DNA of 64,000 nucleotides, taken from positions 108,257-172,256 of the forward strand of contig PLZJ01000002.1 in the NCBI GenBank assembly GCA_003152105.1, in the 5' to 3' direction. Source of the stretch: Candidatus Levyibacteriota bacterium (GTDB lineage Bacteria; Patescibacteriota; Microgenomatia; Levybacterales; UBA12049). Positions 27,854-37,894 of the stretch are shown here, one piece after another (position 1 is the first letter of the stretch; each line of letters starts with the position of its first letter). The notes under the pieces are model-generated. The model was not told the origin of the DNA and ran no database searches. It was given only the letters and a program-made list of their open reading frames with translations. The position numbers and the translations under genes are program-made.

Positions 27854-29353
27854 ATGCTTCGGGTTAAAATAATTAATGCATTAAGTAGTATTTTTCCTTA
27901 TTCAATTTTAATTGTCTTATTTTATTTTTATTGTTTAAATTCTCTAGGTATTTTAGATTCAGATTTTGGATGGCATCTACAAACAGGTAGATATATCCTT
28001 ACTCATGGTATTCCAAAAACTGACCCTTTTTCATACACAATGCCATCCTATCAACTTATTCCCCATGAGTGGCTAACGCAAATCATAATAGCGAAATTAT
28101 TTCCGGTTTTAGGCACTATTGGACTTTCTATTATTTTTGCTTTCCTTGCGATTTTACCCATTGGTTTTCAAACGATTTTATACAAAGGGAAAACATTCAT
28201 TCCTTTACTACTTATGGAAGGCGGAGCGATGATAACTTTAATTGGACTTAGACCTAAGCAGCTTGATTGGCTATTTGCAGAAATACTATTTTTATTATTT
28301 TTATCGCAGAAACATTGGCGAAGTTTTCGATATTTCTTACCGATTTTAATGATTTTTTGGGTAAATTTACATGGAGGATTTGCACTTGGCATAGGTCTTA
28401 TATTCTTATATATCTTTTTACGCTTTGTATTCTATAAATCCATAAACCTAATTGATATTGTAGTGTTACTACTTTCAATAATTGCTACTTTTATAAATCC
28501 ATATGGAATTTATATGTGGAAATGGGTTTATATAACCATGACAGACACTAAACTCCATAGCCGTATTATTGAATGGCTCCCGTCATTTTATTTTATTAAC
28601 TTAATGCTATGGACATACACAGCAACTAGTTTATTTTTTATCTTTAAATATGCACGTCGATTTCCAAAAGATCAAATTGCCATGTATATAATTTTATTTA
28701 TTTTTGGCGTATCTTCGTATAGAAATATACCATTTTGGTTACTTTATTCCCTACCTCTAACCTATACAGCAATAAAGCTTTTTTCACTAGAAGTTGAAAA
28801 AATTAAATTTGGCAAAAAAAGGCTATTAATAATATACAGGTTATTTATTGTATTAATTTTAATAGTATTTGCACTTCAATATTATCCTTTATTCTTGCTA
28901 GGAAAAAAAACTTCTTTTTATCCTACGAGTGCAATAACGTATTTAAAAATACATCCATATTCTGGTCAATTATTTGCTCCATATGAATGGGGAGGCTATT
29001 TAATTTGGCAATACCCTGAGAAAAAAGTTTTTATTGATGGCAGAATGCCAAGCTGGAGACAACATACAAATAATCTACATGAGAGTAGGGATTCCTTTTT
29101 AGAGTATGAAAGTATCTTAAACGGAAAACTTCCATTCAGTAATGAGGCAAAAAAATACCATATTACCCGAGTTTTATTTTATAAACAGCTTGCATTACCT
29201 TCATCAACTACTATTCTTACGGACACATTCAGTCACTTACCACCTTGGTTACAATCGCATGACATAAATCTTCCATTACTTCATAAGCAAATTATTTCAT
29301 ATGGAATGCACGTTCTTTATGAAGATAATATTTCAGTTATTTATGGAAATTAG
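27854..29353 (+). CDS. large polytopic membrane protein, possibly GT-C-type glycosyltransferase (ArnT/PMT-like) with C-terminal soluble domain
   Basis: About 11 hydrophobic helices followed by a ~150-aa hydrophilic C-terminus. The functional call is architectural only. Confidence 0.35.
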   Translation: MLRVKIINALSSIFPYSILIVLFYFYCLNSLGILDSDFGWHLQTGRYILTHGIPKTDPFSYTMPSYQLIPHEWLTQIIIAKLFPVLGTIGLSIIFAFLAILPIGFQTILYKGKTFIPLLLMEGGAMITLIGLRPKQLDWLFAEILFLLFLSQKHWRSFRYFLPILMIFWVNLHGGFALGIGLIFLYIFLRFVFYKSINLIDIVVLLLSIIATFINPYGIYMWKWVYITMTDTKLHSRIIEWLPSFYFINLMLWTYTATSLFFIFKYARRFPKDQIAMYIILFIFGVSSYRNIPFWLLYSLPLTYTAIKLFSLEVEKIKFGKKRLLIIYRLFIVLILIVFALQYYPLFLLGKKTSFYPTSAITYLKIHPYSGQLFAPYEWGGYLIWQYPEKKVFIDGRMPSWRQHTNNLHESRDSFLEYESILNGKLPFSNEAKKYHITRVLFYKQLALPSSTTILTDTFSHLPPWLQSHDINLPLLHKQIISYGMHVLYEDNISVIYGN

Positions 29354-29373
29354 GTGCTATAATTACCTAGCTT

Positions 29374-29460
29374 GGAGGGGTCGCATAGTGGACTAGTGCA
29401 GCGGTTTCGAAAACCGCCATAAGGGAAACCTTATCGTGGGTTCAAATCCCACCCCCTCCG
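29374..29460 (+). tRNA. tRNA-Ser (anticodon CGA)
   Basis: Acceptor GGAGGGG/CCCCTCC; anticodon stem-loop GCGGT TTCGAAA ACCGC; long variable arm; T-arm GTGGG TTCAAAT CCCAC. Confidence 0.8.
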
Positions 29461-31164
29461 CAAAGTGAGATTTTCTTGATAGAGATACATCATTTGTGCT
29501 GTTATATCAACCTTTTCCTCAGGTTTGAACCGAGCAACAATTCTATCCGTCTCAATCTTTGCTTCCCGAATGGCAATAAATGGTTTTGGCACGGCAAGAC
29601 TGAGTATTTTGTCTTTTAATATAAGGTTTGAGCCAATGGTTGCAAGAATTTCTTTTTTTTCGTGATGTGATCCATGCTTAAACTTGAGACGTGCATAGCA
29701 CGCAAAGTTGAATGTTCTTTGTGATAGTTCTAACCATTCATCTGCTCGTTTGGCTAATGTTTTCTGCTCCTGTTCTAGATTTATCTTTTCTTTTTGGAGT
29801 GGTGTAATCTGCTTCTTAAAGTCTTCATCAGACAATACTGAACCATCAGAGTTCATAGGAGAAATTTTTAGCTTGATAAGGTTATTGATTCGCTCAAGAC
29901 AATCTCGATATTTTGTATTGATACTTTCAGCAATTGCGTCTTGTTCTCTTGCTTCTTGGTCGTGTAGATAGTTAAGGTGGCTAATTGCCCAATCCTTAAA
30001 TGCTTCTGGAATCTCAATTCTGGAAAGCAAGAAGTCAATCTGTTCCTCTAATGCCTCAAGGCGAACATATTTTTGCTTACACTTTATTGTTTTATTTTTC
30101 TTTGTACAGCGATAGAAAATGTAGTGAAGTATTGATGGATTAGCCATGTTCGCAATGGAAGTATTGCATTGGGTACAATTATTAGTGTTTTTTGATGAAA
30201 ACTTATTTTTACACTTCGTACAAATAACTTGCCATAATTCCTCTGCTGTTACTCTTGAGTCACATTCGCCACACCGAACCATTCCAGTAAACGAAAACTC
30301 CCTAGCTTTAGCTCGTTGTTTGCCTTTCCTACCTAAAATAATCTGCACTTTGTCATATTCTGCTTGTTCAATCATTTTGTCATGTTTTCCTTCATACCAA
30401 TTACCGCTACCTATTGGATACTCATACCAACCATAATAAAAGGAGTTCGTGAAGATTCTATACAAACCAGCACGAGACATCTCTGCACCACCTAATTTTT
30501 TTCGTTTTACTGTTGTATATTCCCATTCTTCATTCATAATTTTGAGTATTTGAGGAACAGTATAGTTTCCAGTAAGCAGTAAATCCCATGCTTTACGAAC
30601 TAATGAAAAACGGACAGAGTCAGTGATGATTTTTCTGTTACCTTTTTCTTCTGATTTATCATTCAAGTAGCCTTCTGGAGCAATACCTGGTCTCCAACCT
30701 TTTGTGAGCTTTGTGTTAAGTCCACGTTTTACATTTTTTGATAAGTCTCGTAGGAATTGGTTTGCTTGACCAAACTCAATGTTCAGGAGTAACACATTGT
30801 CTTGAGACTGATAAATCCTATGAGGGGTAACGATTACTTTTAATTTCTCTTTTTGCAAAAACCAGCTTAATGTTCCTGAATCTACAGGATTACGAGAGCA
30901 TCGTGATAAATCCCATACAACCAATCCTTGAATAATGCCATCTTCAACACGTTGCAGTTCTTCATTAAAGATTGGTCTACCTGGTTGTTTCGCTGACATT
31001 GATTCTTCTACAATCCGCTCAACCTTGAGTTTATTATCTTTGACCAGCTTTAATAACACTTCTTTTTGCGACTCAAGAGACGCAACTTGATGGTCAGCAT
31101 CATCGCTACTTCGCCTGATATAAACATCATATTTTAATTGTAATAATTCTGATGGAATATACAT
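29431..31164 (-). CDS. large serine recombinase (phage-integrase/TnpX-like)
   Basis: N-terminal resolvase catalytic motif YIRRSSDDADHQVASLESQKE, then recombinase domain, Cys-rich zinc ribbon (CGECDS...CTKC...CTQC) and coiled coil. The last ~10 codons (GWDLNPR*) are encoded inside the 3' end of tRNA-Ser(CGA). The track's upstream M (31326) overlaps the neighbouring gene, so ATG at 31164 is preferred. Confidence 0.85.
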   Translation of the reverse strand: MYIPSELLQLKYDVYIRRSSDDADHQVASLESQKEVLLKLVKDNKLKVERIVEESMSAKQPGRPIFNEELQRVEDGIIQGLVVWDLSRCSRNPVDSGTLSWFLQKEKLKVIVTPHRIYQSQDNVLLLNIEFGQANQFLRDLSKNVKRGLNTKLTKGWRPGIAPEGYLNDKSEEKGNRKIITDSVRFSLVRKAWDLLLTGNYTVPQILKIMNEEWEYTTVKRKKLGGAEMSRAGLYRIFTNSFYYGWYEYPIGSGNWYEGKHDKMIEQAEYDKVQIILGRKGKQRAKAREFSFTGMVRCGECDSRVTAEELWQVICTKCKNKFSSKNTNNCTQCNTSIANMANPSILHYIFYRCTKKNKTIKCKQKYVRLEALEEQIDFLLSRIEIPEAFKDWAISHLNYLHDQEAREQDAIAESINTKYRDCLERINNLIKLKISPMNSDGSVLSDEDFKKQITPLQKEKINLEQEQKTLAKRADEWLELSQRTFNFACYARLKFKHGSHHEKKEILATIGSNLILKDKILSLAVPKPFIAIREAKIETDRIVARFKPEEKVDITAQMMYLYQENLTLRRGWDLNPR

Positions 31165-31168
31165 ATTT

Positions 31169-31999
31169 TTATATTCTACTATTAAATCCACTGTCACGTT
31201 CAGCGTAAAATATAAGCTGATTATACGTTGTTTCAATCCATTTTTCATCTGCCTTTTCAGGTTTTTGTAAAAGCAGTGATTCTTGTTCTGCAAAGCGAAA
31301 CGATTTAGAACGATTGAACAACTCATATGTTTGAATTACGTTTATGATGCAAGTATTTTGCTTTACGATTACTTGATTTATAAACTCATCAATCTCTGTT
31401 AATAATCCTTTACGAGCTACAATTTGCATGCCATCAAATATCTTTAACTCAACCTTTTTTATGAGTGCCTGGTAATTTTGTAATTTCTGGATGAGTTCTC
31501 GTACTTCTGCAAGCGTATCAAAATAAGCAGCTTTTAATGAATCATTACAAAATAGCAGTGTACGATTATTACCTTCTAAATTATCTGATGAAAACGTGAG
31601 TATTTGTAACATTTCTAGAATGCGTGAATTTAAGTCATTTTCATCCTCATCAGTTTCAGATAGCACTAGATTCAGGACTCTTTGCCCTTGTAACAGTAAT
31701 GGACTAATTTTTATAAAGTATTGTAAATGAGACAAACATGCTTCCTGAACCTGCAAGTGCAAATAAGTTGTTTGATAATCAAGAATAATTTGTTGCACGT
31801 TCATATACATACGCCAGTAGAAACTGTATTCACTGATATTAGGCTGAGGAATAGCATCCACAATTGCTTGTATCTCATTCTCATAATCGCCTTCCCCTTC
31901 GTCCTGTTTCATTAAATACCCAATAACAACTTTTGCAGCTTCTTTTGACGTAAGCCCCTGAACAAGAGATGATAATTTTCTGATATTAAAATTTGTCAT
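31169..31999 (-). CDS. hypothetical protein (element-borne)
   Basis: 276-aa ORF with its stop 4 nt from the integrase start. Confidence 0.45.
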   Translation of the reverse strand: MTNFNIRKLSSLVQGLTSKEAAKVVIGYLMKQDEGEGDYENEIQAIVDAIPQPNISEYSFYWRMYMNVQQIILDYQTTYLHLQVQEACLSHLQYFIKISPLLLQGQRVLNLVLSETDEDENDLNSRILEMLQILTFSSDNLEGNNRTLLFCNDSLKAAYFDTLAEVRELIQKLQNYQALIKKVELKIFDGMQIVARKGLLTEIDEFINQVIVKQNTCIINVIQTYELFNRSKSFRFAEQESLLLQKPEKADEKWIETTYNQLIFYAERDSGFNSRI

Positions 32000-32001
32000 A
32001 G

Positions 32002-32430
32002 TTATTTCCTCACTTTCCTTTCTAAAATAACTCTGTCAATTGCTTCAATCTTTTTATCAATTTCAGAAACTTCAAATGCTTTTATGGCAATACCAAGTAA
32101 ATAACCAACCGTATTTGCGAGCTTTGGTGGCAATTTACCAGAGCGTAATTCATTGATTGTTTGTACGACTGCTATTACCACATCAGATGTATTTTTTATT
32201 TCAAATGGCTCAAGGTTAAGGTTTAGGGTTTTATACCCATCAGATGAACCACCTTTAGCAACAGCATTTTGCTTTGTCTCTTTCATTGATTCCTCATGGT
32301 TAATGCAATACTGTGAGCTTTGTACAGCATATGCACCGCACCTATCACCATTTTGTTTTATAAATTCACATTGTTTACTCATAGTTTTAAGTAAGCTACT
32401 TACTGGGTAGGGGTAGCTATAGCCCTTCAT
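32002..32430 (-). CDS. hypothetical protein with N-terminal Cys/His cluster (CEFIKQNGDRCGAYAVQSSQYCINH)
   Basis: 142-aa ORF packed in the element operon. Confidence 0.4.
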   Translation of the reverse strand: MKGYSYPYPVSSLLKTMSKQCEFIKQNGDRCGAYAVQSSQYCINHEESMKETKQNAVAKGGSSDGYKTLNLNLEPFEIKNTSDVVIAVVQTINELRSGKLPPKLANTVGYLLGIAIKAFEVSEIDKKIEAIDRVILERKVRK

Positions 32431-33961
32431 TTTCTGCTATTTCTGCATAGTTTTGTTCAGCAGGTGTTAAATCAGATATAAGCTCTGGTTGTGACACCTG
32501 TGACAGTAATGACACTGTTTCACCTACACCATTACTGTTATTAGCAGCTTGTAATTCTTGATGATTATTTGTGGGTATATCTGTTTCACTGTCACTACTG
32601 TCATTACTGACGGTGATACCATATTGTGTTATCAGCTTCTTAACCAATTCAGGATCATAATAAATGCCTCGTTGTCCTGCTGTTCTTTTTTTGATAAATC
32701 CTAAACTTCTTAAAATCTTGCCTACTGTTTCATTTTGTAATGTGAACTTTGCATCTTTACCTTTGTTAAATTCATTAGCGACAAGTTCAATTGGTAGGTA
32801 TGCACCAACAACATCATTTTCAAGTTTAATAACAGTTTCTAAAATTCGTGCTTCTAAAGAATCAGTTGCATCTTCTTTTTTCTGCATCGCTATATTGTTA
32901 AGCATCTTCATGAATGTATCTTTCTTGTTTGGGAAAAACGTAAAAATGATTTGAAATAAAGGACTGGTAATGTCACCAAGCCTTGCTTGTGCTGGCTTTT
33001 CAACAGTCATAATTTCTCTTTTATAATGTGCTGCTCGAAATGCAGTCAGTCTGTTCTTTAGTTCTAGTGCGCTCTCTGGCAGCACAGGATTACTAAAGAG
33101 CTTACTTGATGGCTTCATGTCTATAGATATACTTCTTGACTCTAAAATGTCATCTACAGGGCGATTGGTGGCAATAATGGTTGCTCCAAATAACTGATAG
33201 ACTTTGGTGTCTCTGAAAGCACCTTTTTCAGGCCACAAGGTACGAGACGAAGCTGAACCTTTTTCAAAACGAGCAAGAATTAAATCATCGCAATTTGCTC
33301 GTTCCATTTTTCTAGGAAAGTCTTTTATATCAAATCCAAGCGCTGCTTTATGGTCATTGCCCCATCTGATAATATCTGCTTCCCTGACACATTCAGTAAA
33401 CACACCTCGTCTTGCAACATACATTGCGCCTTTTGTGGTTCTGCTTTTGCCACGTTCTTTTACTGCATAGAGGTATAAGATCGGTGAGAAATGGAGCTTA
33501 TCCAGAAAGTAAGTATGGAAATCCCACATAACTAATAAATGATAAAAATGCTCATTTGGTAAATCAGATATTTCAGTGTGGTAGGTGAATAAATCAGTGT
33601 AAATGTTTTCGTCTTCCTCACAATCAATATCATCATGCCTTTCAATATGTCTCATTACCTCATCAGCGTTAGCAAATAAGTAAGGGCAGGCTTCTCGTGG
33701 TGGTGGAGTAAACATTTTATCCAAATACTCAATCTTATCCACTGTTTCATGATTTTCTGTTAAATATACAAGACGTTTACCAGTATCTAAAACATCAATA
33801 ACGCCTGGTAAGTCAAGCGCATAGTATATCTTTTTACTTTTTTCGTCTTTTTGTTTATCCTTATCCATATGTTTCTTATCGTCAGTAGTTTTGTTTGAGA
33901 CATCAAATCCAAATTCTTCTTTTAATAATTCCTCAACTGGTCTTGCATAGTTATTGTTCAT
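32417..33961 (-). CDS. hypothetical 514-aa protein, possibly replication/primase-associated (weak)
   Basis: Largest gene of the element module, with an acidic/Lys-rich N-terminus. No Walker A seen; assignment is by position only. Confidence 0.35.
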   Translation of the reverse strand: MNNNYARPVEELLKEEFGFDVSNKTTDDKKHMDKDKQKDEKSKKIYYALDLPGVIDVLDTGKRLVYLTENHETVDKIEYLDKMFTPPPREACPYLFANADEVMRHIERHDDIDCEEDENIYTDLFTYHTEISDLPNEHFYHLLVMWDFHTYFLDKLHFSPILYLYAVKERGKSRTTKGAMYVARRGVFTECVREADIIRWGNDHKAALGFDIKDFPRKMERANCDDLILARFEKGSASSRTLWPEKGAFRDTKVYQLFGATIIATNRPVDDILESRSISIDMKPSSKLFSNPVLPESALELKNRLTAFRAAHYKREIMTVEKPAQARLGDITSPLFQIIFTFFPNKKDTFMKMLNNIAMQKKEDATDSLEARILETVIKLENDVVGAYLPIELVANEFNKGKDAKFTLQNETVGKILRSLGFIKKRTAGQRGIYYDPELVKKLITQYGITVSNDSSDSETDIPTNNHQELQAANNSNGVGETVSLLSQVSQPELISDLTPAEQNYAEIAENEGL

Positions 33962-34151
33962 ATTGATTAAAAAGTTGTTCTTTTAATTCGTAATATGCTT
34001 TTTCCTTACTCTCATAAATCGTGTAATACAATTTTTGTTTCTTTTTGTCTTGTTCTTGAAAAAAGGCGATATGCCAATCAACCATATCGTTAAATGGTTT
34101 TTCAAGTTTTCCTAAAATTTCCATTACTTCACCTATGCTTAACTGTTTCAT
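33951..34151 (-). CDS. small hypothetical protein (66 aa)
   Basis: Overlapping start and stop with neighbours. Confidence 0.3.
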   Translation of the reverse strand: MKQLSIGEVMEILGKLEKPFNDMVDWHIAFFQEQDKKKQKLYYTIYESKEKAYYELKEQLFNQYEQ

Positions 34152-34366
34152 ACTCTTTTATGTTTTATACGTTTCTTATTTTGCTTCTTTTGTGGTACTA
34201 ACCAGCTTTTTGGAATCGGCTTATAAATAAGACCGAATAATCGCAAGAGTTTTGTTCCTTGTTCTCGTGCGTCATCATAAGAAATATCATGCCCAAATTC
34301 TTTTTTGTATATCTCCTGATACTCAAGGATTGCTTCTCGTGGTAATAAAGCGTTATCTGTTTTCAT
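34148..34366 (-). CDS. small basic hypothetical protein (72 aa)
   Basis: 4-nt overlap with the downstream gene; basic C-terminus KKQNKKRIKHKRV. Confidence 0.3.
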   Translation of the reverse strand: MKTDNALLPREAILEYQEIYKKEFGHDISYDDAREQGTKLLRLFGLIYKPIPKSWLVPQKKQNKKRIKHKRV

Positions 34367-34616
34367 ACAGCCTCGCTTTCACCTGACGTAACTGGGTAAA
34401 ATACATTTGAGGCTCAACCTTGAGTTCTCGTTTCCAGTAGGCTTCTACTAGTTGCTCAAGTTCATTACTTCTTTTGAAAAAGAAAACAGATTTTTGTGAG
34501 TTTGGAAGTTTTTCTACTCCTTCAAGTGGAAAATATAATGAGAGAGTGGTAGCAAGAGCTAAATCCTGCGTCTGATATAAAGTTGTAACTGATTTATATT
34601 CGTGTGTCATAGTCAT
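34353..34616 (-). CDS. small hypothetical protein (87 aa)
   Basis: 14-nt overlap with the downstream gene. Confidence 0.3.
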   Translation of the reverse strand: MTMTHEYKSVTTLYQTQDLALATTLSLYFPLEGVEKLPNSQKSVFFFKRSNELEQLVEAYWKRELKVEPQMYFTQLRQVKARLYENR

Positions 34617-34726
34617 TGCCGCTTTTGTGTGGCAATAACTAATGGCGAAAAATCACCGTGACAAAATAACCGATAAAAAAGAGCTTCAAAAAGCCTTTTC
34701 AAGGTTACTTTTATTTTACGGTGACG

Positions 34727-35920
34727 TCACTGACTATCTTTTTCATAGACTTCTTGTGATTGTTCTTTTATGTATTCTTCTATTCCAAGTTTATCATTTT
34801 CGGTATTCAATTCATTCTGTGAAGATTGTCCTGACTCTGGGATAAGATGAATCTTAATTTTATATGCTCTTTCTTTCTTATAATCGTAAAAGGGGTCTTC
34901 TGGTATTTGAAAATAAGCCTTTAGGGCTTCTGCCAACCGCTGCTTCTTCTTTTTGAAACTGTCTACCTCTCTTTTAGGCAATCCCAGTTTAGAGGTCATT
35001 TCCCACGATAACTCACCATCATGAAATGCAAGCAAGCGTAAAAAATCCCATTGCTTGTTTGGCAGTTTATTTTTACTGTTCTTAAATCCCATTTCTTCGT
35101 AATTCGTGTGACGTGTCTGGTCTTTTGCTTTTATAATCGCTTCATGTCCGTCAAGAAATTTGATAGTGATATTTTCCCAAGTAACATTGTCTGGAAACAC
35201 CTTTTTAACTGCCACCCTAGAGGTACTATCTGTTTCAAGTTCCTTATTGGGCGTCTGCACCAATTGTTTTAATTCGTTTAACCTTTCGACAACGTTTTGA
35301 GCAGAAACAGAAGGACTAAAAACGATACGAACATCACTTTTGGATTCGTTAAAATATGGTGTAAATCCGATATTCTTTCCAAGCAACACAAAGACTTTCT
35401 CTACGTCATCAACGCTAACGCCATTAGTAACAAAATCTGCTTTCGGAAATTTTAGCTCCTCTATATTGTTGGTCTGATTAGAAGTTACCCCTACCAGATG
35501 ATACTTTTGGATTAGTATTGTAATCACTTGAGAAATTTTTGATTTTAGGCTTTTGTCAAAATGCTCAAGACTAGAAGCATAATCTTTCATGTTTCTTTTT
35601 AAGACCTCATTCTCAATCGCTGTAAATAATTCATCAAATTGTGGTTGTAGTATTGTTATTGCGTACTCATCCATGCCAATAGCTACGACTTGTCCAAACT
35701 GAGGAATAAGACTCATTCTTATAGTACCTTTACGCTGTAGTTCGGACAGTATTTCTTCCTGCTGCTTAAATGTTGGTATGGCAGGTTCACTATGAAGAAT
35801 ATAAATTGGAAAAGTTACGCTTTTACTTTGTAGGTTCTTTTTAAGAAGTATTCGTTTAATTTCTTGTAGAACCCACCATACATTTTGAGCATGGTTTGAA
35901 TCAACTTGTGTCATATTCAT
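34727..35920 (-). CDS. hypothetical protein (397 aa), first gene of the element's minus-strand run
   Basis: Long ORF; start faces the divergent promoter region 35921-36013. Confidence 0.45.
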   Translation of the reverse strand: MNMTQVDSNHAQNVWWVLQEIKRILLKKNLQSKSVTFPIYILHSEPAIPTFKQQEEILSELQRKGTIRMSLIPQFGQVVAIGMDEYAITILQPQFDELFTAIENEVLKRNMKDYASSLEHFDKSLKSKISQVITILIQKYHLVGVTSNQTNNIEELKFPKADFVTNGVSVDDVEKVFVLLGKNIGFTPYFNESKSDVRIVFSPSVSAQNVVERLNELKQLVQTPNKELETDSTSRVAVKKVFPDNVTWENITIKFLDGHEAIIKAKDQTRHTNYEEMGFKNSKNKLPNKQWDFLRLLAFHDGELSWEMTSKLGLPKREVDSFKKKKQRLAEALKAYFQIPEDPFYDYKKERAYKIKIHLIPESGQSSQNELNTENDKLGIEEYIKEQSQEVYEKDSQ

Positions 35921-36013
35921 TTTACGCTAGTTCCAATCCGAATGTTACCAAAATTATACTCAAAATTGAAGAAGCATAACCATGTCAAAGTCTTCTTTGA
36001 TATAATGCAAACA

Positions 36014-36733
36014 ATGGCAGACCATCCACTAACCACTCTTTTTATGATTTCTTCCCTCGATGGAAAAATTTCTACTGGCGATATTGATAATTTAGATGTT
36101 GATAAGGATTTTCCTCGTATTGCAGGTATCAAAGAAGGCTTGCATCAGTATTACGATTTGGAAAAGACCACAGATAGGGTGTCTTTTAACTCAGGAAAAG
36201 TACAAGCAAAAGTGGGCGTAAATCAAAGAACATGGGATAAAGGACGAGATGATGTCAGTTTTGTTGTTGTAGATAATAAACCCCATTTGGATAAAAACGG
36301 AGCAGAATACTTTGCCAAAAGGTCAGACCATTTCTATCTTATTACTTCCAACAAAAACCATCCTGCATTTGCACTACAAGAACAATATCCAACCATGCAC
36401 ATACTCTTTTATGAGAAAAAAATTGATTTTGTAGATGTATTTCGTAGATTCAAAGAAGAATTTAGCATTGAAAGAATAACTATCCAAACAGGTGGTACAC
36501 TCAATGCTGAATTTTTACGTCTTGGGCTTATTGACAGAGTTTCTATCGTTGTTGCACCTTGTCTTATAGGTGGTAAGGATACGCAATCACTCATTGGTGG
36601 CGAATCATTACATACAGAAGAAGATTTGAAGAAAATAAAAGCATTAGAAATTATTAGGTGTGATGTATTAAAAAATTCCTATCTTCATGTGCAATATAAA
36701 GTAATCAATGATACAAAAGTTGAAAATCAGTAA
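36014..36733 (+). CDS. RibD C-terminal/dihydrofolate-reductase-like reductase family protein
   Basis: LTTLFMISSLDGKIS N-terminal motif typical of the RibD_C fold. The track start at 35906 is TTG. ATG at 36014 lies 7 nt downstream of an extended -10 TGaTATAAT (35998-36006), so it may be leaderless; alternative ATG at 36005. Confidence 0.55.
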   Translation: MADHPLTTLFMISSLDGKISTGDIDNLDVDKDFPRIAGIKEGLHQYYDLEKTTDRVSFNSGKVQAKVGVNQRTWDKGRDDVSFVVVDNKPHLDKNGAEYFAKRSDHFYLITSNKNHPAFALQEQYPTMHILFYEKKIDFVDVFRRFKEEFSIERITIQTGGTLNAEFLRLGLIDRVSIVVAPCLIGGKDTQSLIGGESLHTEEDLKKIKALEIIRCDVLKNSYLHVQYKVINDTKVENQ

Positions 36734-36736
36734 ATT

Positions 36737-37480
36737 ATGAGATTCAAAAATAAGGTAATTATTGTTACGGGAGCTTCAACGGGCATTGGTCGTGCTACTG
36801 CAATAGCGTTTGGCAAAGAAGGAGCAACAGTTATTTTAGGAGCAAGGTCATTGAAAGGACTGATGGAAACCAAAAAGAAGGTAAATGAAGCTGGCGGTAA
36901 AACAGAGGTTATTACCGTTGATTTAACAGATGAAAAACGTCTTCATTCGTTTATCAAAGAAATTAAAGAAAACCATAAGCAGATAGACGCTTTGGTTAAT
37001 ATCGCAGGTATCTGGCATGGAAAAGATGAGGTATATGCAGGAAGAGATTACGAAACATTTGACCAGAAAGTAATTGTTGATACTTATATGGTTGGTACGA
37101 TTTCTCCTTCCCTTCTTGCTCATGCGTTTATTCCTCTTATGCCTAAAGGTTCTGCAATAATGAATCTATCAGGTACATTTGAATCAGGAGCAAAAGGATG
37201 GTTACCATACTACGTTTCCAAACGTGCTATTGAAGATTTAACAGTAGGACTGGCAGAAGAACTGAAAGATAAAGGGATACAAGTGAATGGTATTTCCCCA
37301 TCTGATACAGCAACAGACGCATACAAGCATTATTTTCCTCAATACATCAAGGATGCCATAGAACCAGAAGAAATTGCTAAATTTGTGGTGTACCTTTGTT
37401 CTGATGAAGCAAAGGACATTACAGGTAAAATATATGTACTAAAGAAAGGTAAAGAACCTTTTGAGGCATTTCATTTTTAA
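36737..37480 (+). CDS. short-chain dehydrogenase/reductase (SDR) family oxidoreductase
   Basis: TGASTGIGRATA Rossmann motif; active-site YxxxK (YYVSK). Confidence 0.85.
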   Translation: MRFKNKVIIVTGASTGIGRATAIAFGKEGATVILGARSLKGLMETKKKVNEAGGKTEVITVDLTDEKRLHSFIKEIKENHKQIDALVNIAGIWHGKDEVYAGRDYETFDQKVIVDTYMVGTISPSLLAHAFIPLMPKGSAIMNLSGTFESGAKGWLPYYVSKRAIEDLTVGLAEELKDKGIQVNGISPSDTATDAYKHYFPQYIKDAIEPEEIAKFVVYLCSDEAKDITGKIYVLKKGKEPFEAFHF

Positions 37481-37483
37481 CCT

Positions 37484-37894
37484 ATGGCTACACTTAAACC
37501 TTCCTTTAAAATCTATACTGCTACATCTCATATTTCAAAAGCAGGCAGAGGCGTTTTCGCAGCAGTTGATATAAAAAAAGGTCAAACCATAGAACAATGT
37601 CCAGTGTTTGTACTTCCGAGAAAAGATTACCCTACTCTTAAACAAACAACAATGCGTGATTACTATTTTATGTGGGGAAAAACGACAGTTGGCGTCTGCT
37701 TTGGATTTGGTTCGTTGTATAACCATTCTTACCAAGCAAATGCTACATACAAAAAGTTGATAAAAGAACAAATAATCGAATTTATAGCAATAAAAGATAT
37801 TAAGCAGGATGAAGAAATTACCGTGAACTATAATTATGGCAATCCAGATGACAAAAGTGCTTTATGGATTGAATCAATAAAACCTAACTCATGA
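37484..37894 (+). CDS. SET-domain protein (putative protein lysine methyltransferase)
   Basis: GRGVFA, NHSYQANA (NHSC-like) and EEITVNY (ELTxDY-like) motifs in a 136-aa protein. Confidence 0.65.
   Translation: MATLKPSFKIYTATSHISKAGRGVFAAVDIKKGQTIEQCPVFVLPRKDYPTLKQTTMRDYYFMWGKTTVGVCFGFGSLYNHSYQANATYKKLIKEQIIEFIAIKDIKQDEEITVNYNYGNPDDKSALWIESIKPNS

Larger units (their letters stand above)
29431..35920. mobile_element. integrated element (prophage/integrative-element remnant) at the tRNA-Ser(CGA) 3' end; right boundary uncertain and could extend to 43712
   Basis: Integrase 3' end overlaps the tRNA 3' end. It is followed by a tightly packed same-strand run of small and unknown genes with 4-14-nt overlaps, then a strand switch at 35920/36014. 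Confidence 0.4.
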
